From contig JAAILG010000406.1 in the NCBI GenBank assembly GCA_012026655.1, positions 1 through 64,000 of the forward strand: a stretch of 64,000 nucleotides of DNA. Direction: 5' to 3'. A program made the translations under genes and the position numbers. Below are positions 1-11,929 of this stretch, one piece after another. This DNA is from Hydrolagus affinis (Eukaryota). Positions within the stretch are counted from its first letter, which is position 1; each line of letters starts with the position of its first letter. Below the pieces are notes generated by a model that was not told where the DNA came from, made no database searches, and saw only the letters and a list, made by a program, of their open reading frames with translations.

Positions 1-1849
1 TTGTTCCACTCTGAACATTGTTTGATGTCATCCAAAACCAAAGGAGACCATAAACGGAGCAGCAAACAAAAATACTGGTGATAAACCTTATCGAAAAAAC
101 ATTACCAGCTCCTTCTAAGCACCCAACACTCGATAGAAACAAGGGAACTGTGTGTGTTGTGACTCCAGCGCCATTATTTCACGTGGTAACAGATTGTGCC
201 TTGTGGAAAGTGTGCTGACTGTCATTTTTTTGGGGTGGGGTGGGGGAGAGGGTTAAACAAAAACTTGGCAACATTCGTTAGTTTGATGGGGGCCAATTCA
301 GCTAAAAGTAATTTAAACATTGGGAGCAAAAGACGCGGAGCTAATTAACTGAACAACATTTGGGCCAAAGATCTTTTTATCTTACTCGCATATATCACTC
401 TAATTGTGACTTGGCAAAGGCAGCGTTTCAACAGAGCCAAGTTGGAAGCCGTCGAATGCATTTCACGGACAGGATCCAATCAGTCGGTAGGGAATGAAAC
501 CAACGAGACAAGTTAGTCGTTTTACTCTGTAGCATTCGGAGTGTGTTGCATAGTGACTGCTGGCCACAGGAGAGCAGAGAAAGGTCCTCTCACCTTTCCT
601 GTAACGCTCTGCGGTGAGTGAAAGTCTGAGATGCATAATGTTCGGAAGATTTCATGCACAATGCAAAACGACATTACATGGAGTTACACCCACTAAATAT
701 ACAACCCATTCTCCAGTATATTCTGTGAGGCGCTTTGAGACGTTATGACGACTTGGTTATCCGTTCACACCAGGGAGTGTAGTGACTGACGTAGGATCCG
801 ATGGAGTTATCAATCCTTCACAAACCAGTTCAGGGAGATTTTTGGGGAGGCAGCGGGGAGAATTCACACTATTTAAATGTGGCAATTGCTTCCCCAAGAT
901 AATGTATGTCATTGTTAATAATAACAATAATCCTTGCATTTGATATAGCGCCTTTCACACGTCTTCTAGACGTCTCAAAGCGCTTCACAGAATATACAAT
1001 AAAGTGAATTGACTATATTTGTGGGAGAAACGCAGGCAGCCAATTGCGCACAGCAGCGTCCCCCACAAACATTCTTGGATTGAGTGACTGAATTATAATT
1101 TGCACGTACACAGCCTCATTAGGTTTAGCAAGTCAGTGCTCCACCACTTGACCAGTGGGCTCAGCGGCAGTCTTAAGTTAAACAGAAAAAAACGCAATCA
1201 AAATTAAAAAGAGACGGGAGTGGAGGGTGGGGGGAGGTTTGGAAGTTTATTTTCACATTGTTAGTATCCAAAAGAAATTCAGATTAGAGTGCAAAATTCT
1301 CCAGTGCAGGAGAGGGCATGGGATTTAAGAAGATTGTTTCAGCAGTGGATTGAGCAGCAGCACAGAGCTGAAGTGTTCAGTGCTAGTCTCCTATAAACTT
1401 TCTATATCTGGAAGCTCTTAAGTGGTTAGAGCACTCGCCTCATAAGAGAGAGGACCTGGGTTCGATTCCCGGGTGGGGCGAAACCCAAGGCAAGTTTCCA
1501 AATACCTCTGTTTACCCAGAGTTAAGTAGGAACGCAGTTGTTAGTCGATTGGTGGACCGTTTTTCCGTGGGAAATAATCCCTTTTTTTTATAAATAAAAA
1601 CATTTTTTCTGTTCGCTTTAAAGTATATTCTGCTAAGCGCTTTGAGACGCATCGAAGCCTCGATAAGGTGCTCTGCCAAATGCAAGGATTATTATTATTA
1701 TTATTATTCTAATCTTGTGAAAATGTTGCCATTGTGCAACCAGGGCAATGAACACTTGAAAGAAAATAAACTGACCTTTTTGTGAGTAGACTCTGTCCCA
1801 TATATCACCATATTGAGACTTCCAACACCCACCGAGCCATCTGCGCAGT

Positions 1850-2312
1850 TCTCTCACTCTTATTTCTCTTATTCCCTGTCTCCTTCACTTTCTCTCTGTC
1901 GTCCTGTCTCCATTCCATCTTTTTCTCCCTCCCTCCCTTTGCCCTCGACTATTCCCCTTTCCCTGTTTTACTTGTTCTCTCTCTCTCTCTCTCCCCCTTC
2001 ATTTTTCACTCCCTTTATTCCATCTCTCTCCCTCTTCTGCATTCTTTCTCTGCTCCATCTTTCTCCCCTCCTTCCCCCCACCCCCCTTCTCTATCTTTCT
2101 CTCTCCATCCACCTCCCATCTCACTCTTTCTCTTTCCTTCTCTCCTTTCCGTCTCTTATGTCCCAATTTTTTTTTTTCTTTTTCTCTCCCTCCCCTCTCC
2201 TCTTCTCCCCTCTTTACCCACCCGCCCTCACTTCCCACTTTACCCTCCCTCCCTCTCTCTTATCCCCTCTCACTGGCTCCCTCCGTCCCTTTCCCTCCCT
2301 CTCTTTCTGTCT
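1850..2312. repeat. Polypyrimidine (CT-rich) low-complexity tract
   Basis: About 460 nt of mostly C/T on the + strand; explains the spurious S/L/P/F-rich ORFs. Confidence 0.9.
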
Positions 2313-3199
2313 GCGTTATACGCAAAGGTGAATTGGAGGACTAAGTCCTGTAGGCAGATGGGAAATAGAATATCCTAGAGAGAAAGAGTCAAAAGAGCCA
2401 GCTTTACAATGGAAACCTCATCAGCCGTCAATAAACTGCCTACTGTGCACGTATGTAGGCCAGAAAGCAGCGTGTGTGTTGCTGAGCTCAAAGACAGGTG
2501 CTTTCTAAGTGAGCGAATAAACCATCACAGTAATGCATATGTATATATATATATATATATTTGACATGATCTAACGGAGACTTTTAATGAGGTTTGCGCT
2601 GCCTGACTGTACTGTGGAGACTGTACGTAGGATGGAATAAAATATCTTGACAATGTACATTTTACATGGACAATCAGAGTATGGTCACACACTGTCACTG
2701 CACTTTCCAGTATCTCGTGAAGCACTTTGGGACGTCCTCCTGACGCGAAAGGCGAGATACAAGTGTAATTTTGTTGTTGTCGTCATAACGCAAAAAGCTC
2801 CATCCATATGTAAGGATTGCTCGTTAGTGAAAAGTCTGTTTGGGTCACTGAAGCAGATGCATAAATAGAAATTGTTGTTGCCTCGTGGGATAGCTGCTAA
2901 CTTCGGGTGAGATTTTTCGTGAAGCTGCACTAGCGACAATAATAAAATGACATTTGTATAGCACCTTTTCACATCAGGAGGAGGCCCTATGCAACTTTGT
3001 GATCAGAAATAACAATAGTTATGCTGAGATCATCAGCCAAACATTGGGTGGAAGCCTTGGCTCGCCAACCTACACCTAATATTCTCCTAATATCCCTCCA
3101 GGAAGAAAGTGCAGACATACCATGGTTTTCGTGTGTGGGAGACATACTTATGTGGAGCTCTCTATCTGGTTTGGGAACTCTTTAAGGTACCATTCCGTA

Positions 3200-3480
3200 A
3201 AGTCCTGTATCTCAGAGGTTAGAGAACTCACCTTGTACAAGCAAGAGATCTGTGTTCAAATCGAGGCAGGGCAAAACCTCGGGCAAGTTTCCTTACTCCA
3301 CACACGCCTAATTATAATCCCTCAAAAAAAACAGGAATAAAATTGATCGTTTCAATCCACGACTGTTTGTGGGACAGTGCTGTGCGCAATAGACGATTCA
3401 CTTTACAGTTTATTCTGTGAAGCGCTTTGAAATGTCTGGAAGACGTGAAAAGGGCTATATCAAACGCAAGGATTGTTATT
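3200..3480 (+). mobile_element. Same SINE family, diverged copy
   Basis: Head remnant, GGGCAAGTTTCCTTACTCCACAC, core and tail. Confidence 0.75.
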
Positions 3481-4971
3481 CGTGTTTCGAGCCTTGCTCA
3501 TTCTTATGGCCGAGTTTCCGGAGCTTCGCGACGTCCTCCCTACGTGAACAACAGCAACAGCAAAAGCCGCGACGCCAATGTAATTTTGTTGTGGCTCTTG
3601 TTGTTGTTGTATCCCGCGGTGCGTCACAGAGAGTGAAATGATCCCCTTTTGCACTACACAGTGCCTCCCTGTCAAACTGCAAACTTCCCCCCCACAATAT
3701 CAACAGGGAGGAAAACATTCTGAGGTTGAACAAGGACCATATTGAATACAGTTCAACACATGCCAGACAATTTCCCGCACTGAGGATTTGTTGGACGGAC
3801 GTCACTGCTTGTTCAGTATCTTAGCACTCCGGGAAGCGTGAAGGGTGCTTTATACAAATGCAAGTTGTTGGTGATTCTCTGTGGAGCTGAGCGACGCTGC
3901 CTTCTGAGATACCGGCGAAGGATTGCTGCGGGTAGAGAGTTCTGAGTTGAGATGTGTTAATGCTCACTTATCTGCAGGTGTGTTTGGAAAGAAGGTGTGG
4001 ATCGAGTGGGAAGAAATCAGCCTGGACTTTAGTTGCTGTTTCTTTGGTTAGCAGTTCACAATCAAATAACCGTGCTCCCTCGTCTCGTAGACGTTGATTA
4101 GGTTGACTTCCACTTGGCCCTAAATGGCTTCATTGGGCAGCCATTGGCCAGTTAGGTTTGGCTGATAATGTCGACCTTTGTGTAGCTTGTTGTGCAAGAC
4201 CCTAGCTTCATGTGCCCATCAATTCCATCCCAATCTGTAATTCGTCCTGTAATCTGGAGCCCACTGTAGCTTGTTGTTGAGTAGTGAGTGGAACCCCGAG
4301 TAAGTTGGTACATCTCGGGGAATCTACTGAGCGTTAGTCTTGTGAGGGAGAACCTTGATTGTCTGTGCATTTTTCCCATTTCCCAGCATGGGCTTCAACT
4401 GTTCATATAATTCAGGCCAGCGAGACAACAACAACAAATTACATTTGCACGGAGTCTTTCATTTCGGTTAGGACGTCCAGCGATAGTCCAGTTTATGGAC
4501 CCAAGATGAGGGAGTTGAGAAGCGGGGTGAAGAGCAGTGGGGGTAGTGGTTGGAGGGTGGCACCAATTTCTGTCCAGGAAGCTTCTTGCCAAAGAAGCTT
4601 TGGTGAAACTCGCTCACTGATATTCCAAGAGATCTGGCCCACGTTGGCTGATGAAATTTGGCATCATTCACGTTGTGAATTTTGTTGGATGCCAACATCT
4701 CCCCCTCCTCCCCCACCTCTCTGAAGTCTTGCCCGCTGAAGGAGACCTACGCCATTGTTGTATAACTTAACGAGTTTCAAAAGAACAAAAGGCAAAATAC
4801 TGCAGAGGCAGGAAATCTGAAATAAAAACAGAAGTCGCTGGGAACACTCAGCGGGTCACGCAGCATCTATGGAAAGAGAGTGGGAAGTGAATTAACGTTT
4901 CAGGTTGTTGATGGAAAAAGAGCACCTGTTTCCTGCCCATTGCCAGTAATTTATTTCCCATGAGTTAGGTG

Positions 4972-5335
4972 GAAGTCCTGTAGGTCAGTGGTTAGAGCAC
5001 TCGCCTGGCAAATTAGAGACCTGGGTTCGATTCCCATCAGGGCGAAATGTTGGGCAAGTTTCTTTACTCCACACACCTCTGTTTAATTAGCAGTAAGTAG
5101 GAACTTGGTTGTTAGTCAATGGGATTGTTCAGTTGATCACCTTTAACGGAGTAATAATCAATAATAGAAAAAAATAAACTCAATTCACAACTGATTGTGG
5201 GACACTGCTGAGCGCAATTGGCTGCAGTATTTTGCCCACAAAATTCACTTCAGATTGCACTCTCTGAAGCGCTTTTGAGATGTCTTGGAAGACGTGCTAA
5301 AGCACTATATCAAAAGCAAGGATTATTATTATTAT
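4972..5335 (+). mobile_element. Longer SINE subfamily (extra CTCTGTTTA..AGTAGGAAC..GTTGTTAGTC block); related copies at about 1420-1707 (+), 13325-13682 (-), 56090-56370 (+)
   Basis: B box GGTTCGATTCCC, shared internal block, same core and tail. Confidence 0.75.
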
Positions 5336-7702
5336 CAACTTGAAGCAAACTTGAAATGCTTCAAAGTCAGATATAAGTGACTGAGGACAATCGAGCCCAG
5401 CCTTGAGGGAGCTCAATAGGAAAAGCAAACTTTCTAACAGTGATGTTTGATTTTTGGCATCTATTATTGAGCTCATATTGAGATCTGTCATGTTCTCAAA
5501 TAATTGTTCTCTTTTATGCAGTTTTCCACTCAGTCTGAATGCCTTTATTGTGAAAAAAAATTCTTTTGAAAAATTGTCCAGGGTTTCAATTGCTCATAAA
5601 TCAGCACTGCATTTACGCCTCAGTCCTGTCGGAAACTTGGAAGAGAAAAAATGTATTCGATTCTAATCTCGGTTCTTTATGTGAATTCCCAAAAGGTTTC
5701 TGAACTCTTGATGGCTGTGAGTGTTTCTTTTTCACAAACAACAAAAAGTTTTTTAAAAAATCCCCAAACCGTGGGGTATGGAATGTTTTATTCTAACAAA
5801 GATTCGAAAGATCTGTAAAGAAACTTGATGTATAGTTTGTGGGTGAAATGCTTAATAATGGTATTAATAATAATAATGGAATTAAGCAGCTTTGTGGTGC
5901 TATGCTTCAGGTTCCAGGTTATCAATGCCAATTGCTATCATTAGCTTGAGATGAAATATAATATTTCCTGCTTTGAATAATTGGTGTGTGTTCTCTTTTT
6001 TGTGGTTATGACACACACACTTCACACGGCACGAGGTGGTTCTCTGATCCGCTGATGGGATATTTTTCTCTCCTTTCACGCTTGAAACTGGCTTTGGGTT
6101 GAAGTGAAATCTTTCCTCTGTTCTTCAACCTGGTGGATGTTCGAGGCTGTGAGGGAAAAAGCAGCGAAAACACATTGCGATAATCCTTGCGTTTAGCACA
6201 GCGCTTCGTCAAGTCAACGAAACCTCGCAAATCACTCCGCTGATGAAACAAAAAAATGATCTTTCACTTCACGGCTATTTGTGGGACATTGCTGTGTGCA
6301 AATTGGCTGCTGTGTTTCGCCCACAAAGTACACTGTGATACACTCTACCATGTGAAGCGCTTTGAGACGTCTCGACAATGTGATGAGGCACTATATCAAA
6401 TGCAAGGTTTATTATTATGATTGTCCAGACGCAATTAGAATTTTGCATATTAAAGTGTACAGAGCCCATTACTGTATTATTACAGGGTGAACCCATTACT
6501 GCATTCACCCTGTGCCCTTGGGATGTCCTCCCGACGTGAAACTCGCTCTATAAATGTCATTTTGTTGTTGTCATCTGTTAATACTCTGTCTACAGATGTA
6601 AAAGTGAGCCTGAACTTGTATTACTGCACTGTGTTGGTCGACCTCGCCTTTCCACTCTCAGTCCACTAGCAAAGTTCCCCCAGTTTTGAAATATGTAAAG
6701 TTACAGTACTCATCTTTCTCTGGCTTGGAATCCAGACAGTGAACAAACCGTAAACACTGTGATACATTGGGATCAACAAAAAACATGGGCCGCTTTTTGT
6801 CACCCATCTGATCTGTCCCACCATCAGCGGACGAGCTTTCAGCCATTCTGCTCCCCCCCCACCCCAGTCTCTACAACCCAATATTCCTTAACCCTTCCCT
6901 CCCTGCATTTTAAAGTGCATTTTCAGACCTAGCTTGGGCTCCCAGACAGCTGTGAGACATCCCACCGTTGTGAAAGGCGTAATATGTATGTTAATTGCTC
7001 TTTTGTGCGTCAATTCACAGCGCCAGGGATCTAGCTGACATGTGTTTCTGTTCACATTCACCGATATTCCATTCCTGCCCCCGCTCTCTGGAACTGATTC
7101 CCAGAGGCCCTCCTACCCAACTCCTCCCTCGCCATTTTCACAGCCTTTAACTCATTGACCTCACGTTCAGTGGACCCTTCCCCCTCGATCCTCCTGCTCC
7201 CAGCTCAGATGCACAGCCAGCCTCTTGAGACGCAGCTCTTAAAGTGAAAGACGCCTTATTGCAAGTCACTTGCCGAGCTGTATCGCTCGCTGCTTCCAAC
7301 AGCAATCATCGTCTTTCTGACATGTGTTTCTAATCAGTCCCCCCTTTCCCCCGCGCGATAGTCTCCGCCTCCAGCGATGTAAGCAACAGTGGCGTGTTGA
7401 CTTGCCGTGTAACCAGATGTGATCTTTGGGGCTTTGGTTAAACGAACGTTTTGTCGAATTGCTTCAGTGACACCCGAGCAGTTCAAAGAAAAGATTCCCC
7501 CCCCCAACACCCCCCCCCCCCCGCCCCCACACACACCTTCGAGGAGCTGTTTGGTTCTACATGTGGTTCGGGGTTAAGTCCGAGCTCGTAAGTTTGGCTC
7601 GTCCCTGAAACGCGGACGGTTTGCGTCTCGTCGGGGACGGCCGGCAGATGTTTTCTGCTGGCCGGGTGGCGGTTTTAAAGTAACCGGTGCCCTTTGTTCC
7701 AG

Positions 7703-7913
7703 AAGCTGACGCCTCCGGCGGGTCTGGCCTGGGGACCGGAGCGATCGTCGGCATCCTGATCGTGGTCTTCCTGATCCTGCTGGTCGCGGTCGACGTCACG
7801 TGCTACTTCGTCAACAAGTGCGGGCTCGTGATGTGCATCGCCGTCAACTTCTGCGGCCAGGCCGGCCCCGGCTCGAAGGGCAAGGACATCGAAGAAGGGA
7901 AAGCCGCCTTCTC
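7703..7913 (+). CDS. NCAM1: NCAM1 transmembrane exon
   Basis: Encodes GLGTGAIVGILIVVFLILLVAVDVTCYFVNKCGLVMCIAVNFCGQAGPGSKGKDIEEGKAAFS, matching the NCAM1 TM segment and four juxtamembrane Cys; acceptor ttccAG (7702), donor TC|GTGAGT (7914), phase 2. Confidence 0.97.
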
Positions 7914-8255
7914 GTGAGTGGCGTCCCCGTATCGAGAGGTCCCAACAAAGTAGTCGAACCCCAGAACCCACACACCACCCCCAAAATAACGCAAAAATAA
8001 TTATCGGTGCAGCTGCTGGAATATCCGAAAGCAAAACAGAACACCAAAACACCAAAGCAGAACATAAGAACATGAGAAGTAGGAGCAGGAGTAGGCCATT
8101 CAGCCCCTCAAGCCTGCCCCGCCATTCAATCATGGCTGAAATTCCATTCTATCTCCAGCTACCTGCCTTATCCCTCTACCCCTTAATCCCTTTATGAATG
8201 AGAAATCGATCTATCTCAATCTTGAATATGTTCAAGGACTGAGCATCAACACTCA

Positions 8256-8443
8256 GGAACACTCCTCAGCGGGTTCAGGGCAGCATGTACGGAGAGAGAG
8301 AGAGAGAGAGAGAAGAAAAGCGAGTCAACGTTTTAGGTCCACGCCCTTTGTCGGAAACGATCCGTCCAGTTCTGGCGAAGCGTCGTGGGCCCAAAACGCT
8401 TTTCCTCTCTCCATAGATGCTGCCTGACCTGTTGAGTGTTCCC
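8256..8443. repeat. Imperfect palindromic repeat, probably a Penelope-like element terminus; related single arm at about 4790-4905
   Basis: GGAACACTC..GGCAGCATGTACGGAGAGAG..CGTTTTAGGTCCAC mirrored by GTGGGCCCAAAACG..CTCTCTCCATAGATGCTGCC..GAGTGTTCC. Confidence 0.65.
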
Positions 8444-9676
8444 GGCAGCTTCTGATTTTTTGCAGTTAAGGCCAGCCTGGCTCAGTTGATAACATTCTCA
8501 GCAGATTCTCAGATGCAAGTGTCTACGTTGGGAGACTTGAGTTCACTTAGTCTAGGCTGGTACTCCATTCCATTACAGTGCTGGGGTGCACTGCCTGTCT
8601 TACGTACAAGTGGATGTTAGAGATATTTGAAATTTTCAAATATCAACGATATTCAAAGAAAGTTGTTTCTCCCGTTGTTCTGACCAGTGATCTCCCAGTA
8701 AATCCTATAAAACACTTGGTGGCAACTTGGTAGGGCACTATGTCACCTGCAAGAATTATCTAAATCATACCGTCCATAATGATGTAAATTATTACGCTTT
8801 GAAATGTCGATAAGATGTGAAAAGCGCTGTATCAAATGCAAGGATTATTATTAATATAAATAGATAAGAGAAATAGTAATAGGATGGCAGAGCATTTCCT
8901 GGCTCTGTGCCCTCAGACAAATGAATCAGGGAATTGTTTATGTCTTTAAAAGGGTGTCACCCCCAAAACACAATAGTTCTTATGTACAGTGTTACTAATC
9001 TAGCAAATTTAGCTCATTTTCTACAGAAGACCATATGTATATTAAGTCCTATCGCTTTCAAGGCCATTCACGGCCCTGCTCACCCCCCCTCCACCCCCAC
9101 ACCATCACCATCATGTTAAAGTTGCATAAAACGTTGGTTAGACCACTTTTGGAGTACAATATACTAATCCTTGCACTTGATATAGCGCCTTATCACGTCT
9201 TCGAGACATCAGAAAGCGCTCCACGGAATATACTGTAAAGTGAATTGTACATTTTGTGGGCAAAACCACGACATTGTTGTAAGCATTCACTTAGCAAAAC
9301 TCTTGCCGTTCAACAACAGCAACAAAATTACATATGCATAGCGCCTTTCACGTCGGGAGGACATCCCAACACCCCACCTATAAATACCCGGTCACTACGC
9401 TTCACGATTCACTCGGTAATATTTTTAGTGTATGATTATCACTATAAATGTTTTACTGCAATATAATTGGAATAGGTTATCAGAATAGGCTGTCATCATA
9501 ATTTCACTGTGTAGCAACATCAGAATCGTTCATAACAATCCTTGCATTCGATTCAAGCGCCTTATCACGTCGTCGAGGCGGCTCAGAGCTCTCGCAGCCG
9601 ACTTTCTACTTGCGTGCGGTCACCCCTTTCCTTCTCGTCCCGTGTTGAAAGCCGATGCCCATGTTTACGCCCACAG

Positions 9677-9793
9677 TAAGGATGAGTCGAAGGAGCCCAT
9701 TGTGGAGGTGAGGACCGAGGAGGAACGGACACCGAACCATGACGGCGGGAGCCAAACGGAACCGAATGAAACCACGCCGTTGACAGAACCTGA
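9677..9793 (+). CDS. NCAM1: NCAM1 first cytoplasmic exon (117 nt)
   Basis: ccacAG|T then [39 protein letters not shown]; donor GA|GTAAGT; phase fits the previous exon. Confidence 0.97.
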
Positions 9794-10477
9794 GTAAGTT
9801 TGCCAGTGCATGTGGGTGTGCGGAGCTGGAATGTGTATGTGGTGCCAGCTGACTTTGTGCTTTCTGCAGTGTGTCCGCAGTTTGATTGGTTTCCTCCGTG
9901 CTTTTGTGACTTTACTCGTAAATGTCATGTGTCACTGCACGTACGCACACACAGAGTACTGTGCTCCCATTTTGACTCCCCATTTTGTTCGCATCTCATC
10001 GCTGCTTCTCGACCCAGAATAACAGGGCGTTATTGTGCGAGCCTGATGTGCGGAGCCAGGAAAACCCGAGCGTCAGAACCTAATAAAAGCGCGGTGACTA
10101 TTCAGCGGTTTGAGGCACTGTTTGAGGCAGGGTCTCCAGCCTGACAGTGTGGGTTGAAAGTGAACTGAGAGAAATGAATCAAGTCTGACATGATATCTAT
10201 TTATTGAACGAGAATAACAAGACATTATTTTTTGAATATGTGCTTGCATTTTTTTAATATAGTTTTTTTTTAAAAAAAGCTTGCTTCTCACTGAGATCAT
10301 CAGCAGAGGTCCGTCATTGCCGGGAAAATCTTTCACCAATGAAGATAAATGTGCTTTTCAACAATAAGGAAACTTCTTTCACTTCCTTTCCTCTCTGCCC
10401 TCCCATACGCACACTGCTTTGAGTGTGGACAAGGGAGGGCTGTCACATCGCTGAAACACCCACGCACGCATGCACAC

Positions 10478-10516
10478 AAACACACACAAGCACACACACA
10501 CACACACACACACACA
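10478..10516. repeat. (CA)n microsatellite
   Basis: Visible directly. Confidence 0.85.
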
Positions 10517-11007
10517 AGGTTGCTATCGGATCCAATCCGATCCTAGAGAATTGCGTTCTTGAAAATCTGCTGGTTGTGGGCGCTAGCTTCATTCACACCG
10601 AAGACCGGTGCGTTGGGTTTCTTTCATTCGAGGAAATGAACGAAAGTCGATCGGCGGATTTATCTAACCGGTTTATCGTGGAGGCCGGGACAAGTTTATA
10701 GTTCTATGTATATATATATATATCTATATACATCAAAAAAATACAAAACTTGCCTTGAATCATTTCCTTCAGTTGTTTGTGTTGTAAAGCTTTTAGTCGT
10801 ACTGTAACTGGGATCCCAACAATCCTGCTTTGTCAACACTCCCCCCCCTCCCCCCTCCCCCATCATATACAAATCTTGTTTAATGGTATCTGAGGCCAAA
10901 CGTGGCAGCATGATGTAGTCTTTGTGTGCTTTTTTTTCTTTGCTTCTCTCTGTCACTATTGCTGAATTGCCTGTTCTATCCATTTTCTACTCCTGTTATC
11001 CTCACAG

Positions 11008-11814
11008 GCACGCAACAGACACCCAGGCGACTGTTGAGGACATGTTGCCTTCTGTCACCACAGTAACAACTAACTCTGACACTATCACTGAAACCTTTGC
11101 CACTGCTCAAAACAGCCCGACCAGTGAGACCACCACGCTCACCTCGAGCGCCGCGCTCCCGGCCGTGACCACCCCCGAACAGTCTGCGGTGTCACCTGCT
11201 CCTCCCACCCAGCCTCCCAAGGCGGCCGCGGCCTCGCCCGCCTCGCCTCCCCCAGCCTCTCAAACCCAGGTGGCCCCCACGATCGCTCCCCTCGTGGATC
11301 TCAGTGACGTCCCTGGTTCCGGCCCCCGCTCCTCCACCCCGGCTAACGCCGCCAATGCCAAACCGGCCTCCGCTCAGGGCCCCGGCGGAGACCCGCCGGT
11401 GGTGGAGGCCTCCAAGGCTCCCGTGAGCAAAGCGCCTGCCCCGACACCCAAGCCCTCGGGTCCCCCAACTACAGCAGAGCCAAAGCAGGCCAAGCCAGAG
11501 ACTCCAAAGGCTTCTACCAAGCACCCAGAGACAGAAGCTGGAAAGCCAAACCCAGTGAAGAGTCCAGTGGAAGCATCAGTTAACGCCACCAGTGTGAAGA
11601 ATGAGGTTGCTACAGACAGCAGCAAAAAACCCTCCCAGGGTGAGGACTTTCCAATGGATGGTGGGACCTTCAAGACCTCAGACATTAACCTTACAAAGGA
11701 TGTTTTTGCAGCTCTTGGCAATTCTTCTCTTTCCACTGTGGTTGGCGAGCAAGCTCCTGACCCTGCTCCTTCCATTGCAGATGCCTCTTTACCACCTGCT
11801 CCAGCAAAGGAAGA
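11008..11814 (+). CDS. NCAM1: NCAM1 NCAM-180-specific alternative exon (exon 18 equivalent, 807 nt, frame-preserving)
   Basis: ctcacAG|G then HATDTQATVEDMLPSVTTVTTNSDTITETFATAQNSPTSETTTLTSS...APLVDLSD...FKTSDINLTKDVFAALG...PPAPAKEE; donor GA|GTATGG; phase 2-2, length divisible by 3. Confidence 0.95.
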
Positions 11815-11901
11815 GTATGGCTGTTTTTCACACTAAAAAGCTTTTCTGCTTGTATCTGTCTGTTGTGACGTAGCTACGCTTCCGTGTGTTCTCTCAGCTC
11901 C

Positions 11902-11929
11902 TGCATGAAAACCAACTAACACTGCTAAT
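11902..11929 (+). promoter_or_regulatory. RBFOX (TGCATG) and QKI (ACTAAC..TAAT) splicing motifs downstream of the NCAM-180 exon
   Basis: TGCATG 11902-11907, ACTAAC 11915-11920, TAAT 11926-11929, about 90-115 nt after a weak donor. Confidence 0.55.

Noticed and set aside
1782-2378. 198-aa and 172-aa hydrophobic-looking ORFs
   Set aside because: Translation of a C/T low-complexity tract that cannot easily contain stops.
1-7690. NCAM1 GPI-anchor (NCAM-120) exon or last fibronectin exon
   Set aside because: No acceptor followed by a convincing matching peptide was found; these may lie upstream of the window or be too diverged to see by eye.
11192-11775. Antisense ORFs over the NCAM-180 exon
   Set aside because: Expected shadow ORFs of a GC-rich coding exon.
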